Source: Phoronis australis
Taxonomy: Eukaryota > Animalia > Phoronida
Assembly (NCBI GenBank): GCA_002633005.1
Contig: NMRA01000246.1
Coordinates: 172,025 to 236,024 of the forward strand
Length of the DNA: 64,000 nt
Direction: 5' to 3'
Numbering within the stretch: the first letter of the stretch is position 1; the number at the start of each line of letters is the position of its first letter. This document shows positions 49,925-63,025 of the stretch, one piece after another. The notes beneath the pieces were generated by a model. That model saw only the letters and a program-made list of their open reading frames with translations. It searched no databases and was not told the origin of the DNA. The position numbers were made by a program, and so were the translations under genes.

Positions 49925-52299
49925 AGTCTGGTTAATGGGATTTTTTAATGAAAGTGACTGTACTGTATGTTGATGAGATAACATACTGTGGTATTATTGT
50001 GACGTACATATGGGTTTTTCATCAAGATCATGGCCCCCTTCAATGGATTAGCACAAGGGGCTGCTTTAGGTACTGTGTCCATTATAATGCTCAGTTACAA
50101 GTGAAACCCCTTGAGGACAAGTTATAAACACACAGTCATATTGCATGACACCATCCCTTGATTACAACCATTGTTCATGTAAGTCTGCTAAGGGCTGCGT
50201 TGTGCACAATCAGATTTGATTACAGCAAACTTTGATTACAACAAGTTTTAAACAAGTCCTTGCAGGTTCGTTGTAGTGCGGTTGAACAGTAACTCACATA
50301 TTGTCCTGTACGTTTATTGTATACTTCTAGCTTTGAAAATATTAAAAAAAAGTTCCGGGTCAGAAATTTGTGTGCAGAGAGTGATCAAATTTCCTTCCAG
50401 GTGTATCGTTATACAACATTGAAGAGTTGTGGTGGAGGTATAATCTAAAGTTATTCACTCTCCATTGTCAGTGATGCCCTGTATTTTACCAAAACTGTTG
50501 AACCAGTTTCCAAGGAGTGTGTCTTGTCCTTTGTGTACTACATGTACTTGAGTAACCCAACAACACATTCAACTGTTATACAGGGTTCACAGTCCTGTGA
50601 AACTGGTGTGTCGGTGTTTAATGCTTTCTTAAAAGTTGCCCTTGTCACATTTGCCAGATGGTATTTATTTGTATACCTACCACTACTGGAAGAGATGTTT
50701 GTGTTGTCGACACTTTGACCTAAGGTTTTATTCAAGACTCAACATGAACATTGATCAGTCACCTCGCAAGAAATTTGAAAATTCTTTAAAGTGTACTACA
50801 CGATTTGTCAATAATCAAGTAGAGTCAAAGTTTGGTAACCAGTCTCCTTAGTCATTGCCAACAAAGAGTCCTGTTAATCATAGGTCAATAGCTAAACTGA
50901 CTATTACTTTGTGAGCATATGAATGCTAAAAGGGGGTTATTTGGAACAGCCACCTTACCTGTTCAATTGTTTTAGAGTAATGTGTGAATCCCATACTCCT
51001 ACCATTGGCTTACTCATTCCTTCATGATGTATCAAAATTAAACATCAAGTCATCACTCAGTTGAAAACAAATTTCCAATAACCTTGTTATGACTTTATCA
51101 ATTATAGTTGTCTGTCTCTCTTTTAACTAGTCTTATGCTAAGTTTTAATGACAAGATTTGTATAGGGTAAAATTCTTGTCAAGTAATTTTTATAGCTCAG
51201 ACATGTAATGCCTTGTAATAACGATGTTTGAACTGTAATGTTTTCACTGCCGTGTAGTAGATAATTATTTCAAATTAAATCTTTTTAGTTGTTAGTTAAG
51301 TTGTTTATGGATTTGTCAAAAATACTGATATGAACTCTTCCAACCTCGCAAGGTGGCATTTTGAACTGAAACTCAGAAGTTATGATGCAGTTCATACCAT
51401 TAAACAAACTTTGCAAATGTTCTGCTAATGGTTGATTTTTGCACTGTGAGTTACCTCCTGGATTCACATAGTCCCCATCGTGTGGTGTCATTTTCGGGCA
51501 CCCAGTGATAGGTAACTACTGGACAAGGGTTGGTGATTTGAAGTGGGTCATTTTCGCCATAAAACTTGAAAACATTTTAATTTACATGCCACCCTACATG
51601 TCAACCCAAGTAATTAACGCTACTTGTAAGATTTTGACTACAATCCAACATTTTTGAGCTGTTAAAACTTAGAAATACTTTTGAAAAGTGCTAAGGTTAT
51701 TTTTTTACAGCCGAAAAGACGGAGTTATGAAATCGGCAAGAGTTGACATGTATTTGCGCCATTTCATATTTACATTGTCGCAAACTTAATTGTTTGGCCA
51801 AACCAGTCTCAGAGAAAAGTGATTATCCTTAGTCTCCCTGATATTGTCGTGGACTCGTATTAATTCGCTTCGCTCATTTGTCGCTAAATTACATACTTAT
51901 TCTTGAGCATTCAGTTTGCCACATTTTATTAGCGCTATGATATAGTTAGTGACATTTCGTAGATTTTTAATGGACCCTCCTGATATTCATCCATGCAATA
52001 CATTGGTGATGTACTTGATGGAAAATTCTGATTTTAATTTATTGCTTACCATGTCAGTAGTCACTGAACGTACCTTTACTCTGGGTGCAACCCTAGTCAA
52101 GCGCCTTTAGTAGTGCGCCAGTGTAACATTAAATTTTGACCCAACGGAAAAATAATCTGGGCCACATTTAAAGTTGCAAATGGCCCCCGTCAAACTTAAA
52201 CTCACAGTCCAGCCATTTCACGGCATTTTTGCTCCAGGAAATACCCTTAAACTAGAAAGACTACAACCCCAAGCTCTGTTTTGTCCACAACGATTACGA

Positions 52300-53330
52300 T
52301 AGCACGCACGAACAACTACTATATGTAGCTAACAAACCACCCCTGTGACCTATACAGACTTAGACAAATTGCAATAGAAGTATTTAAAATCCTTTACGGC
52401 GAATCACCCATCATTCACTAGTAAATAAAACAAGAAAACAATAAACCTTTTCACTACGACAACTTTTCAGATATTCCTCAAATCTGTTAAATACCGTAGA
52501 ATAAAAAGCTTTTCTCTTCGAGGCCGCACGGGTCTGGACGATTCTATCGAACGAGTTACGTACAGCATAGTCTTTCAAATAGGTGAACGTTACGCACGTA
52601 AATTACATGCGTAAATTAATTCTTGTTAGAGGCGTAAATTAATTATTCTGCGTCGTAAATTAACTCTTAACGGCGTAAATTAATTCTTTAGGGCTTAAAT
52701 TATTTATTAACGGTGTCAATTGATTATTTGAGGCGTAAAGTAATTATTTTGCGATGTAAATTAACTTTTGATGGCGTAAATTATTCTTGTTAGTGGTGTA
52801 AATTAATTATTTTGCAGCGTAAATTAAGTTATGGCGCAAATTAATTCTTTTTGGTTCTGTAAATTAATTATTAACGGTGTCAATTCATTATTTGCGTAGC
52901 TGTGTAACGTTCACACATTTGGCCAATGATATCTTTCACCGTTTTCCGTGGACTCCGTCGGACATGGACCCGGACCGCTCTCGAATGCAGCTCAGTGTTT
53001 TTTTGTCAGCACTCCAGGTTGACATTGTAAATTGCATTTTTGTACAGTAGTAATTTCTCTAGATTGTATATTTCCCGTGTAGTCCTATCTATTACTGTTT
53101 ACAATTATTATTTTTGTGGATCTAGTCTCTAGTGATTATGACCATTTAACTTTTATTTACATTTAAATTTTATATTTAAATCTCAGTGATATTTTCCATC
53201 TCTAGCTTAGTTCCATTTTTTCTCCAGATTCCTGTTAAATCTAGTGTAGTAGAAATACCCCAACTGGTTAATGTTAACATGTTTCTTCGAATGACGTTCA
53301 ATAAAGATTCTTGATACTTGATTCTTGAAT
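52300..53330 (+). mobile_element. 3' end of a CR1/L2-type LINE, interrupted by a MITE
   Basis: YRLRQIAIEVFKILYGESP, FEAARVWTILSNELRTA, then after the insertion FRGLRRTWT...ECS. Ends in AATAAA plus a (GATTCTT)n-like tail at 53300-53329. Confidence 0.7.
52576..52921. mobile_element. TIR-bounded element whose interior is a ~20-22 bp tandem array (GGCGTAAATTAATT...)
   Basis: caaataggtgaacgttac ... gtaacgttcacacatttg inverted ends; roughly 15 repeats of a GTAAATTAA-like core between them. Confidence 0.8.
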
Positions 53331-53546
53331 ATTAGCTTAGGCTTACTGTGTGCAAATCAAGTTCACCGTTATGACGGGTCTGAACTAACGAGCCTCAGAT
53401 GTTTATACCTTCTGGCAATAGGTGGCGTAGTTTCTTAATTTGTTTTGGCGCTCATTTTAGAAGTGGATCTTTTCAATCTTGGTGTTTATTTCTCTGTTTA
53501 TCATTTACAGTTGATTTTGCGTACTTGCCCACCGTTTAATATTGAC

Positions 53547-56500
53547 ATGACGACGCACGGTGAGTTTTTATGCATTAAAATGAAATATTTTTGCCTTTCT
53601 GCCACACAAAACACGAGGAAATCGCAGGCAGTTACATTTGCTGGGTAAACACCTTTCGAGTCTCGATTGAGTCAGTCAGTGAGTGTAGCTCAAGCCTCGT
53701 TCAAGCATAGATTCATGTACTGTAGTATGTGGTTCAAGGCTGCCAAGGGTACACTTGAGCCTTAGCAAATTTAGAAGAATATATGCTCCACTTCCTTCAC
53801 TGACATTTCTACAAAATAATTATTTACAGACAGGTTAATTGACTAGCCTTGCCCGGTCAGCTTGGCTTGGTTTAGGCAATGACATCGCCTTGCATGACGC
53901 AGGCCAACCGAGAGGCTACGTGTCGCATGGCCTAGTCCGGTCTCTTGAATCAAACTCAAGCCAAGGCTTTAGCAAGTTTAGAACCATTCAGAGAGTCTGG
54001 TTTATCAGATTGTATTATTGTGGAATCACCAAGTAAAGTTAGGCAACACGTTGCCCCCCGGACTCGGCTGGTTTCATGCCCGCTGCATTATACAGGGCCA
54101 TGAAATTGCCTACAGTACAGGTCACTGAGAAGTGCCAACCGTGTTGTGGCACTAGTAGTCGACCATGTACATCTATGTGTTATCTATGATTGTGGAAGTG
54201 GCAGTGCCAGTGTGTATGCGATTAAATACATAATAAATTACAGGTTTTTGAACTGGAAGTTGTTTACTGAGCTGTTTCATGAAACTTGTGTCTTACATTA
54301 GATTTGGAGCATAGGTTGTTTAAATATACTCCACTCGACCAATTCTGCCAATCAGCATATTTTAAAGTCCTACAATAAATAAATCCACACCGTCATACAA
54401 AATGCAGTTTTTTGACATAGGTCACTAACTGTCATCGCATATTACTTCTACTCTAGTAATAAAAATGATTTCTAAGATTGAGAAATCGTTATTCAGTGCC
54501 TTCAGACCAGACTCAAAATTCATTATGTTTGTCACAATGATGGGTTAGTTACTGACACCTAAACAATAGGGTCGTGATGCAGATCCCCTTGAGCGTTTTA
54601 TTGTAGCCAGTGCTGTTTCAAATTCTTTTCCAGATGCATCCACAGATACAGTGGACTACATTGACTGTGACGTCTCAAGTCCTAGAACTCGACCTTTTGT
54701 GGTTAGTATTCCCTGTTGCTATACCATGCCATGACATAGGTGTATTCCTGAGTAACCCATGATCTGACGACTTTGTTAACTCAAAATGTCGTTTTAGATG
54801 TGACTTTAATTTTGGTGCAGTACATAATTGAGATTTTATGTTTTCAGGGCTCGCTCACCTGTGCCTTCAGAGAGGAGAATATTTTTGGGTGAAGGAAAAA
54901 TTCTTCCTTCCTTTTCCCCGTTACTACCAATATCACCCTCAATCCCAATTCTGATCGGTTCTGCTTCCACTAGCCAAAACTAACCTTTTGCCGCCTGTGT
55001 GCGTTATAAGTGATTCTAATCTTGAGGGGGAACTTTTCTACCAATTAATTGAGGTCCATTTTTGGTCCTGATTTCAAAATATTTTAGATAGTAATGGTAC
55101 CGATATTCAGCCCCAAACTTTGAGGCATCGTTTTCTTGTGTGCACCTGCATTGTTTTGGTAATCCCGTCAATAAATAAGTACACTACAACCTAACGGTTG
55201 TTGGAATCTACTTTCAGGTAGCCGTGGAGGGGAACATAGGCTGTGGAAAGTCAACACTCCTTGATTATTTTAGTGACTCACCTTTAGTTAAGGTACATAT
55301 AATCATATGTCTTGTTGTCTACCTGGTGCAGTCCACCTCAAGTACAGTGATTTGAAACTCACAAAAGACCTTGGGTCCCTTATGACTACATGAACGCATG
55401 TACAACCAAGACCAATGCCGTACAAGTGCTAATATAAAGTTTCTCGTTGCACTTATGATCCTATTCCAAGGATTGTGAAAACCCCGTGGAGCACTAGTAA
55501 GGTCAAGCCCAAATCATAAACTTTTAGCTTGAATAATGGGTGTGTGTAATCAAATTGTAACTCACTATATGAATAGAGAACTTAAACCAAAGAATTACAC
55601 TCCAAAACATGCCAACTTAACAATTACCAGGGATACTGTATGGGACTTTTGGTAAGGTCTGGGATATTTTCTCTTGAATGCTTTCTACAATGACCGTGCC
55701 TCAGGGTGTTAGTGTCTCCAACGTCACAATTAACACTAATCTGTAAAGTTGCCATTGTTGAAAGTTCTTTATGGATGTGCAAATTTATGTCATCTACAAC
55801 AGTTTTTTAACTGGTTTTATGCCATATTTCAGACATTTAAAGAACCTATAGAGAAGTGGACCAACATCCACGGGCAGAATGCTTTAGTAAGTCTGTGTTT
55901 GTGAGTGCCCACTAGTGGTCATTAATTAAAATAGCTCTTCATGAACTAATATAACATCAAAATGTACTAAGTATCATTGACAGGTTAGCAGGTTTAACTA
56001 TAATGCCAATGATTTGAAGACAATAGCAGGCCAGGAAACTTTTATTTGATGTTAACCTGAACTGAATGTGGTGATAGCAGCTGACTGTTCTGTTTGTCCT
56101 CCAGGGTCAAATTTCTTATCTGTAACCAATTATCAAATAATGACAAATCTGTTTAATCGTGTTGTATGTGTTACTCAAAGAAATGGTTGCACTTTCAGAG
56201 CCTACTGTATCAAGATCCCTCCAGGTGGTGTTTTACGTTTGACACCTATGCACAACTGACAAGACTGCAGATGCACCAAGCAGAAACGGTGAGTGCTTAA
56301 AGAGTGTTTTCCTTTAAATGGTGCAGTATCCTCTCTCGTAGTGTATAAGTTCTCAGAATGATGCTTCTACAATCTCTACTTTACTGTGCATATCTGAACA
56401 CACGGCGATGTTGTGGAAATTACCTCTGAAATGAACACCATTGACATTGATCTAGTGTAACGTTTTATGCTATGGATAACTTAGTATGAATTATTTGAAC

Positions 56501-59500
56501 ATCTGAATTAAACAGTAGGAAGGCATTATTGTTGCAAAAATTTAACTAGTGCTATAGGTTAATTCTTTGATCCATGCTTTGAATCCCCATCCATATCACC
56601 AATGAATTGTATGTGTTGCAGTTGTTAAACAAGCCTCCAACAACGTAGCTTAGTTTTTTGGGTCACTGAAGCTTTGAAAAAACACATGAAACATGCTTTT
56701 AAAGTGACAGTATCGGTGAAAAAATTGGTTTTCTCAAATCAGCTCAAAGGCGTTTTGGAGCCTGAAACCTTCCCAGTTGCAGTCAAATGCTCTGCTGGTG
56801 TTTGCACTTTACCCTATATCGTGCCTCTGTTAATTTACTTGGTAAAATCACTGTATTTGCATACTCATAACTATGCTAATGTATCACAGGAACTTAACGA
56901 CAATGCTATTTGAACATCATCTATGCTAAACAAAGTGCAGTTTTATTCACTGACAACTTGTAAATGTGAAAACAAAAAGTCCTGCAAATAGGAGACCTTT
57001 GCTCTAATGATGTACCTTGGGGGCTCACATAGCCCGCATCATGCAGTGTTATTCCCCAGCACCACGTCACGATACTTACTGGGCACGGTTGAGTGATTTA
57101 CAGTGGATCAGTTTCGACACAAAAACTCATTCTTAAAAACATTTGTCAATTTTCAAATTATTTCACGTTCACATTCCCGCTATATGTTGTGTTTCTAACT
57201 AATTTGGCCAAGCAATTACAGAGACGAGGAATTAGCGTGCAAGTTCCACCCTGACTTTAATTTCAGCGAATGTCTGGCAGCAAGCAGCGAGAATTGGAAA
57301 TAAATTTTTAGCTTGGGTCAAAGGTGCTAACTTCAAAGAAGTTTCCCACTACAATAACCCCAAAAATGCACTTCGTGTCCCTCTCAACTGATTCCTTTTA
57401 CCTACAAGCAATTCACAAAAACATTGTGTTTCATGCATTTTAAAGGTGTTTAGATAGTATTAATTATCAGTTCGTGTATTCTTTTAGAGTAAACCGGTGA
57501 AGCTCCTGGAAAGATCCCTTTTTAGCACAAGATACTGTTTTGTAGAACATGAAATTAAATCGTAAGTATACACAGGAGTTGAAAATTATTAAATGTAGTT
57601 TCATGTCATGTTTGTCAATATTTGATCTTGTATTTTCAAAACAGTTTACCATAATTAATCAATTTTGTTTTATTGAATGAATGTGCTATACCTTATAATT
57701 ATGATCATAACTTTATGAATTAGATTTTTGCCATATTCTGGCAGGTGAATATTCATCTAAACCTGGGTTCTGTTTCAGGACAACTGACTTAGATTTAAGA
57801 CATAAATTTGGTCTTACACTCCACACAACTTTCTGACAAAATAATTAAACTTCACTTGATCGAACAAAAATGCAAAGTCTCTTAGGATATATCCATGGCT
57901 GCATGATTCATAAGATAAATCAAAGCATACCTAGCATTTAGTCTAGTTTTGAGATCAGAGATTACACCCTGAATCCTGGTGTGACTGTTTAGAAAACTTA
58001 ATTCATTGCACCTAGTTAATGATTGGACTTGTGTAATAAGTCGCATGCCATTTCTTTGTTCAGGAATACTTTACACACCATGGAACACACAGTGCTAACG
58101 CGTTGGTTTGACTTTTTACTGAACAACCAGGGCATTCACGTCGACTTATTTGGTGAGTACAAATGGCTTGGGTGCTGTCCTCAGAGTGTCACAAATAAAT
58201 GTTAATTGCTAATGACTATTCCATAAGGAAGGTTTGAAATCCAATCACTTCTAAATACTTCTCCTATATTGAATAGATGCTTAGGCCAAGAAGCACATTG
58301 GTTTTGATATGCACAACGGCTTGTTTTGAAACTAAGCCTCATTGCTTAAAAAGTGTCCAGCAGCAGTATTATTTCTAGCCATGTTCTTAATGTTTCAAAA
58401 ACCAGACTTAGAAATATGCAAGCTAGTTTCTTGTCAAATCTGTTACATGCTGATTAGTGACGCAGTGTTTAGCAATCACTTAAATGTGTAACTGAAGATT
58501 GCAAGAAGGTTTGATACAAGTCAAATGTTTTCAACTGATGAATATGAGCTTGCAGGGTACACTCAAATTAAACCTTTTTATGTTTTCTAAACCTAGCCGT
58601 ATAGACTACCAACACGGTAAGATCTGATTTATGCTTTTGAGCTAACTAATTTACACAGCTGTTTCTTTCACAGTTTATCTTAGAGCTGATCCAGCCGTTT
58701 GCTACAAGAGATTACAGAGTCGCAATCGCAAAGAAGAAGTGGGCGTCCCTAAGGTATTGTAGAATTACCCTGCAATAAAATATGAAAAAATGATGTGTAT
58801 TATGTCCCCTGTGTAAGTAATGGTAGACAGTAAGGCAGGGTGGAGGGATGGTTTCTCAGATATGCAACGTGGGCCTGTTTCAACTGTTTCAAGTTCTACT
58901 TACTGCGCAGCTCAGTTGGTATTGTCCTTATCAATGCTCTTTGGTTCCTGCCTTGAATGATAATGGTTATGGTGTTGAACAGTCAAATTCTGAGCCAAAA
59001 CATTTCGAGTCAGATGTCCTGATGGCGTGTGTGTGTTTGCAACATGCTTGTCTGTATTCTCTCCTCGTTTTTGTGTCAAATCGTATACTGTGTTGCTCGC
59101 GTTACTGCAGTTACTAAGTCTATGAAACAAGCTTATAAAAATAGGATGCAGTATAGAAATTACTGTTGCATTTTGAATTTAATGGTCTGTGGCGGTATCA
59201 GCCCACTCCATGGTTAGAGTACACCGTGGCTTATTGCCTGGCTTCCTCAATTGTTTGGCCTCTTCTCTCAGGACAGATGCAAGTGGAAGTCAAATATGCC
59301 TCACTAAGTTTCATATTCTTATTCTACTCTTCATGCTTGTCCATTAGCAGCTTTGTTTGTCATCGTACTTTTAATACATGACGTTTTGTTCAAGAAGCTC
59401 GTTTTGTAAATTTCAGTCTTACCTGGAATCTCTTCATCAGTTACACGAAGACTGGTTGATACATGAAAAGTTCCCCTTGCCTGCGCCTGTGCTGGTAAGT

Positions 59501-60429
59501 TGTCATGGGAAGTACCACTAGCAGGAAGGCACTGCCACCTTTCCTCCGCACACCATGCAGCCAGCCCAGGCTTCTGATGTGACTACTGTTCTTACATTGT
59601 TTATAATGGCATGAATTGTAAAGTTAGTTCAGCATTCAGTTTATAATGGCATGAATTGTAAAGTTAGTTCAGCATTCAGTTTATAATGGCATGAATTGTA
59701 AAGTTAGTTCAGCATTCAGTTATGCCACACCATCTGTGTTTGGCCTTTGGCTTCTGGGGTTCTGAGCACTTTCATCACATTCAGTTTTGTTAGTTACTGT
59801 ACCTGATAGTGGTTCTAGCCATTTTGAAACTCTAAATCAGATCCAGCAATTCTGTTGATTCCGTTTGCTCCATCTAAACAATATAAATTATCTTAGGTGG
59901 CACAAAAACACCAACACCTTACTTAACTCTATCTATATTTTCTAATCATGTGACATGATTGGTTAAAATGCCTATTAACTTGCCTTCCGTCGCAAAACCA
60001 TCCAAATCAGTCTCAAATTATTCCTTAGTCAAAATACTACTAATGTTTGGGTCTAAAAGTTTCTTGTCCTTGCATGTCGTTTGATTCGCCAAGCACAGTC
60101 TCCAGTAACGATGAACTGGCAGTTTCCTGCAAGATCACAAATGACTTCTCATCTGAACACAGAACAAATTGAGACCAATTATACTTTATTAAGTGGTCTC
60201 AATCAAAAACTACTTTTTCGACGGAAAACAGGTTTAATATACTTAAAGCTTCAAGCTGGAATTGATTGTGACACGTGACCCTAGGCCCAGATGTTTGGCT
60301 ACAGTGTATTAATCGAACCACATTGTGTTTCAGGTTTTAGATGCCAACACAGAGATGCCTGAGATGGCAACATTATACGCACAGAACAAAGCAACGATAC
60401 TGTGTGGTGTGACATCATTGTCCCAGTGA
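53547..60429 (+). CDS. Deoxyribonucleoside kinase, TK2/Drosophila dNK family, ~238 aa, 10 coding exons
   Basis: Exons 53547-53559, 54634-54701, 55218-55292 (P-loop VAVEGNIGCGKST), 55833-55886 (EPIEKW), 56199-56288 (YQDPSRW), 57488-57561 (ERS), 58064-58152, 58674-58753 (lid RLQSRNRKEE), 59417-59494 (YLESLHQLHEDWL) and 60334-60429. All GT-AG and phase-consistent, 717 nt. The first two exons are less certain. Confidence 0.92.
59601..59720. repeat. Three perfect 40-bp tandem repeats in a kinase intron
   Basis: TTATAATGGCATGAATTGTAAAGTTAGTTCAGCATTCAGT x3. Confidence 0.95.
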
Positions 60430-60552
60430 ACCATCAGTTAACAATGCATGCAGCAAGTAGAGCTGTGGTGTCCACTTGTCATGGACAACTCATGTAATGT
60501 CAAATAATGGGAAAGTAGGGAAAACAACTCAGGGAGATTTTCTGCAATATGT

Positions 60553-60685
60553 TTAAAAATCTCATTTGCAAGTCATATTGCGAAACATTTTACGTAAGAT
60601 GCTTAAAAATCTCATTTGCAAGTCATATTGCGAGACATTTTCCGTATGATGCTTAAACATCTCATTTGGAAGTCATATGGCGAGA
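60553..60685. repeat. ~2.7 copies of a 50-bp tandem repeat in the kinase 3'UTR
   Basis: TTAAAAATCTCATTTGCAAGTCATATTGCGA... repeated at 50 bp spacing. Confidence 0.9.
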
Positions 60686-61059
60686 TCAATGCAAACAGTT
60701 ATGCTTGGTATGACTTCTTATATAAGATATTGCATACAATACAAGCTGCTACCAACAGAAGTAAAATGAAGGGAGGGATGATAATGAACAGAGAATATAG
60801 TGTATTCACAGGGAGCAAGTTACTGTGCAAGTGATTGGTTATCCTTGCTAAGGACCATCAACCCATCACATATGGACAGCTACGAACTCGGCAGTCTGTC
60901 TCGAGTGAAATTCACCTCATTGTTACCCACAGGGAATCAAAAAGATCACTGTCCTGTAAACTACGCGTGCAGTAAACAGCGGTTACAATGAGCCAGAGAT
61001 TTGATGCAATAAGTCATTTCATTGACTACTAACTGAATGTAATCCGCCAAGGGCAATAG

Positions 61060-61153
61060 TCGGATATAATGTTCGCTCATTTTGAGAACCAGTTTGATGC
61101 CCGTTATTTAGAGGAGAAAACTGGTTCTCAAAATGCAGGTGCGTCATATCCGA
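61060..61153. repeat. Hairpin/mini-MITE with an 18-bp perfect inner stem
   Basis: cattttgagaaccagttt (61078-61095) / aaactggttctcaaaatg (61118-61135), with outer tcggatat/atatccga. Confidence 0.75.
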
Positions 61154-62640
61154 CACCCCACTAAGTGCTTATCTCATCTTGCTTAGATGGTGCGAGGATT
61201 TAAACTCTCCAGGTTCAAGAAATCCAGTGAGACATGGATTTGCCGATGATTCAATTTGCCGTAAACATAAGCTATGAGCAAATTAATTTGCATTTGAAGT
61301 GAGTAGCTCTCTATCTGCGTTGGCCCTTAGTCCCCTGCAAGACTGTAAGGTCCTTGCAGACATCAACACACAAGACCTTCTTGGATACTCGATATACCGG
61401 TATTTGAAATAGCTTAAAGCGCTTACTGTACAAGGGATTGTTTCTATCCCTAAACTATTTGGAAATTAATTGTGTGGGTTATGGACATGTTCTGAAAACT
61501 ATAGTAACTTGTGTTAATCTAGGTAAAAATTAAATGACAAATATGTATTAAGTGGTCGTCAGTTGTCCCTGAAAGATGTGAAATGACACAAACCTGACAT
61601 TTTAGCAGTTTATTTATTATTTTGGTGCACTTTCAGAACTTCCATCACCTTGGATTTTAATTAGGTATTTATTACTTATTCCAACAATTTATTTATCTTT
61701 ACCAAAGGCTCACTTTTACTTAGAATAATGCCTTTCTGTTGTAGGAATGTGTAAAACTTGTATGAACCATTTCTTAATCATTTCACTGTTTGCACATGTA
61801 TCGATAGTTCTGGTTTTATCTTGACAATGTATGGAAGGTATGGAATAAATAAAAGGTCGTTTTGTATTTGTATGTAATTTGTGTTACCATACTTAGTCTA
61901 CTCATTTAGCTGTGAATTACAAGAAATTCTTACAACACACCAGTCTGTGGACATTTTGTATTCACAGAAATATTTCATTCATGTTTCAAGTTTGGAGCCA
62001 CATACAACATTAATGAGGTCAAGTTAGAAATGAATATTCTAAGAAACGGTTTGTAGTAGAATGGCACACAGTGAAATATTCTCATCCCACATTCCATTCA
62101 TTCTTTGTGGAGGTAGAAATTAAAATGCATTGCATGATAGAACTAGTTTAGATGATGAGGGAGATGAGAATGAACATGAGTGTGCACACCCAGCCTAAAA
62201 ATTGGGGGGCTCGAATTTTTGAGAATGTGTACCTTTTACTAAGATTCATGGGGGATGTTCAGAGCTATGAATTGTGCATTCCCCGATTTTTGGTAGTTCC
62301 TGTCTTTTTAATGAATTCTTGTCTTCTACTTTTTTTGCAGTTTTTGTTTCTCTGAGCCAGACCTTTTTGCCCATTTCGCGAAGTGGGGAGCTCGTTCAAG
62401 GTATCCTGGGAGTGCGCATGAAATGATCTCGATTGTTACAATGAATCAAGTTTCTAATAATCTATTCCACAAGTCCTAGGACGAGTATATTGTTGGCCAC
62501 AGCAAACTTTGGTAAGAGCAAATGTTTTAGAAATGACCTAGGAGGATTTAGAGCTTGTACTGAGTCCCAACCAGCTATTTTTTTGGTGCCAGCTTTGCAA
62601 CTCTGCACTCGTAAGACTGTTATTCTTCTGTAAGCTTACA

Positions 62641-62819
62641 GTAATAGACCTATCGCCAGGACTTTGAGTGACGGCTTAACTGACTGATCAGAATGCATCA
62701 TTCTTGACACACCGTCGTTTCCAAGCCGCCATTTTACCCAACAACACGTTGCCGGGTAAAACTCATTGTTTGTTTGTCAACATTATGCAAGGGGGCGGAG
62801 CTTGCGATAGGTCAATTAC
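62641..62819. mobile_element. ~180 bp MITE with GTAAT(A/T)GACCTATCGC TIRs; a solo end of the family lies at ~32727-32755
   Basis: gtaatagacctatcgc ... gcgataggtcaattac. ggtaattgacctatcgcaagctccgcccc at 32727 is the reverse complement of 62792-62820. Confidence 0.75.
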
Positions 62820-63025
62820 CACAACAGTGGTGTAAAGTGTGGAAAAACGCCCCGTAGCTCAACATTGTGAGTAAATATATACCTATGTCAGAGAAGCATC
62901 CCAGTAATTATATAAAATCTGGATAGCCAGCTAGTCAATTATATGAAGAAAAACAAGTGACTTTCGTGCCTGTTCAGCTGTGCGTGGCATCAAACAGCGA
63001 GACTTGGTTGCCCAACAAGCATGCA

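Noticed and set aside
52595-52900. CRISPR-like repeat/spacer appearance
   Set aside because: Period is only ~20 bp, linkers are a few bases and related to each other, the array is bounded by TIRs, there are no cas genes, and the context is eukaryotic.
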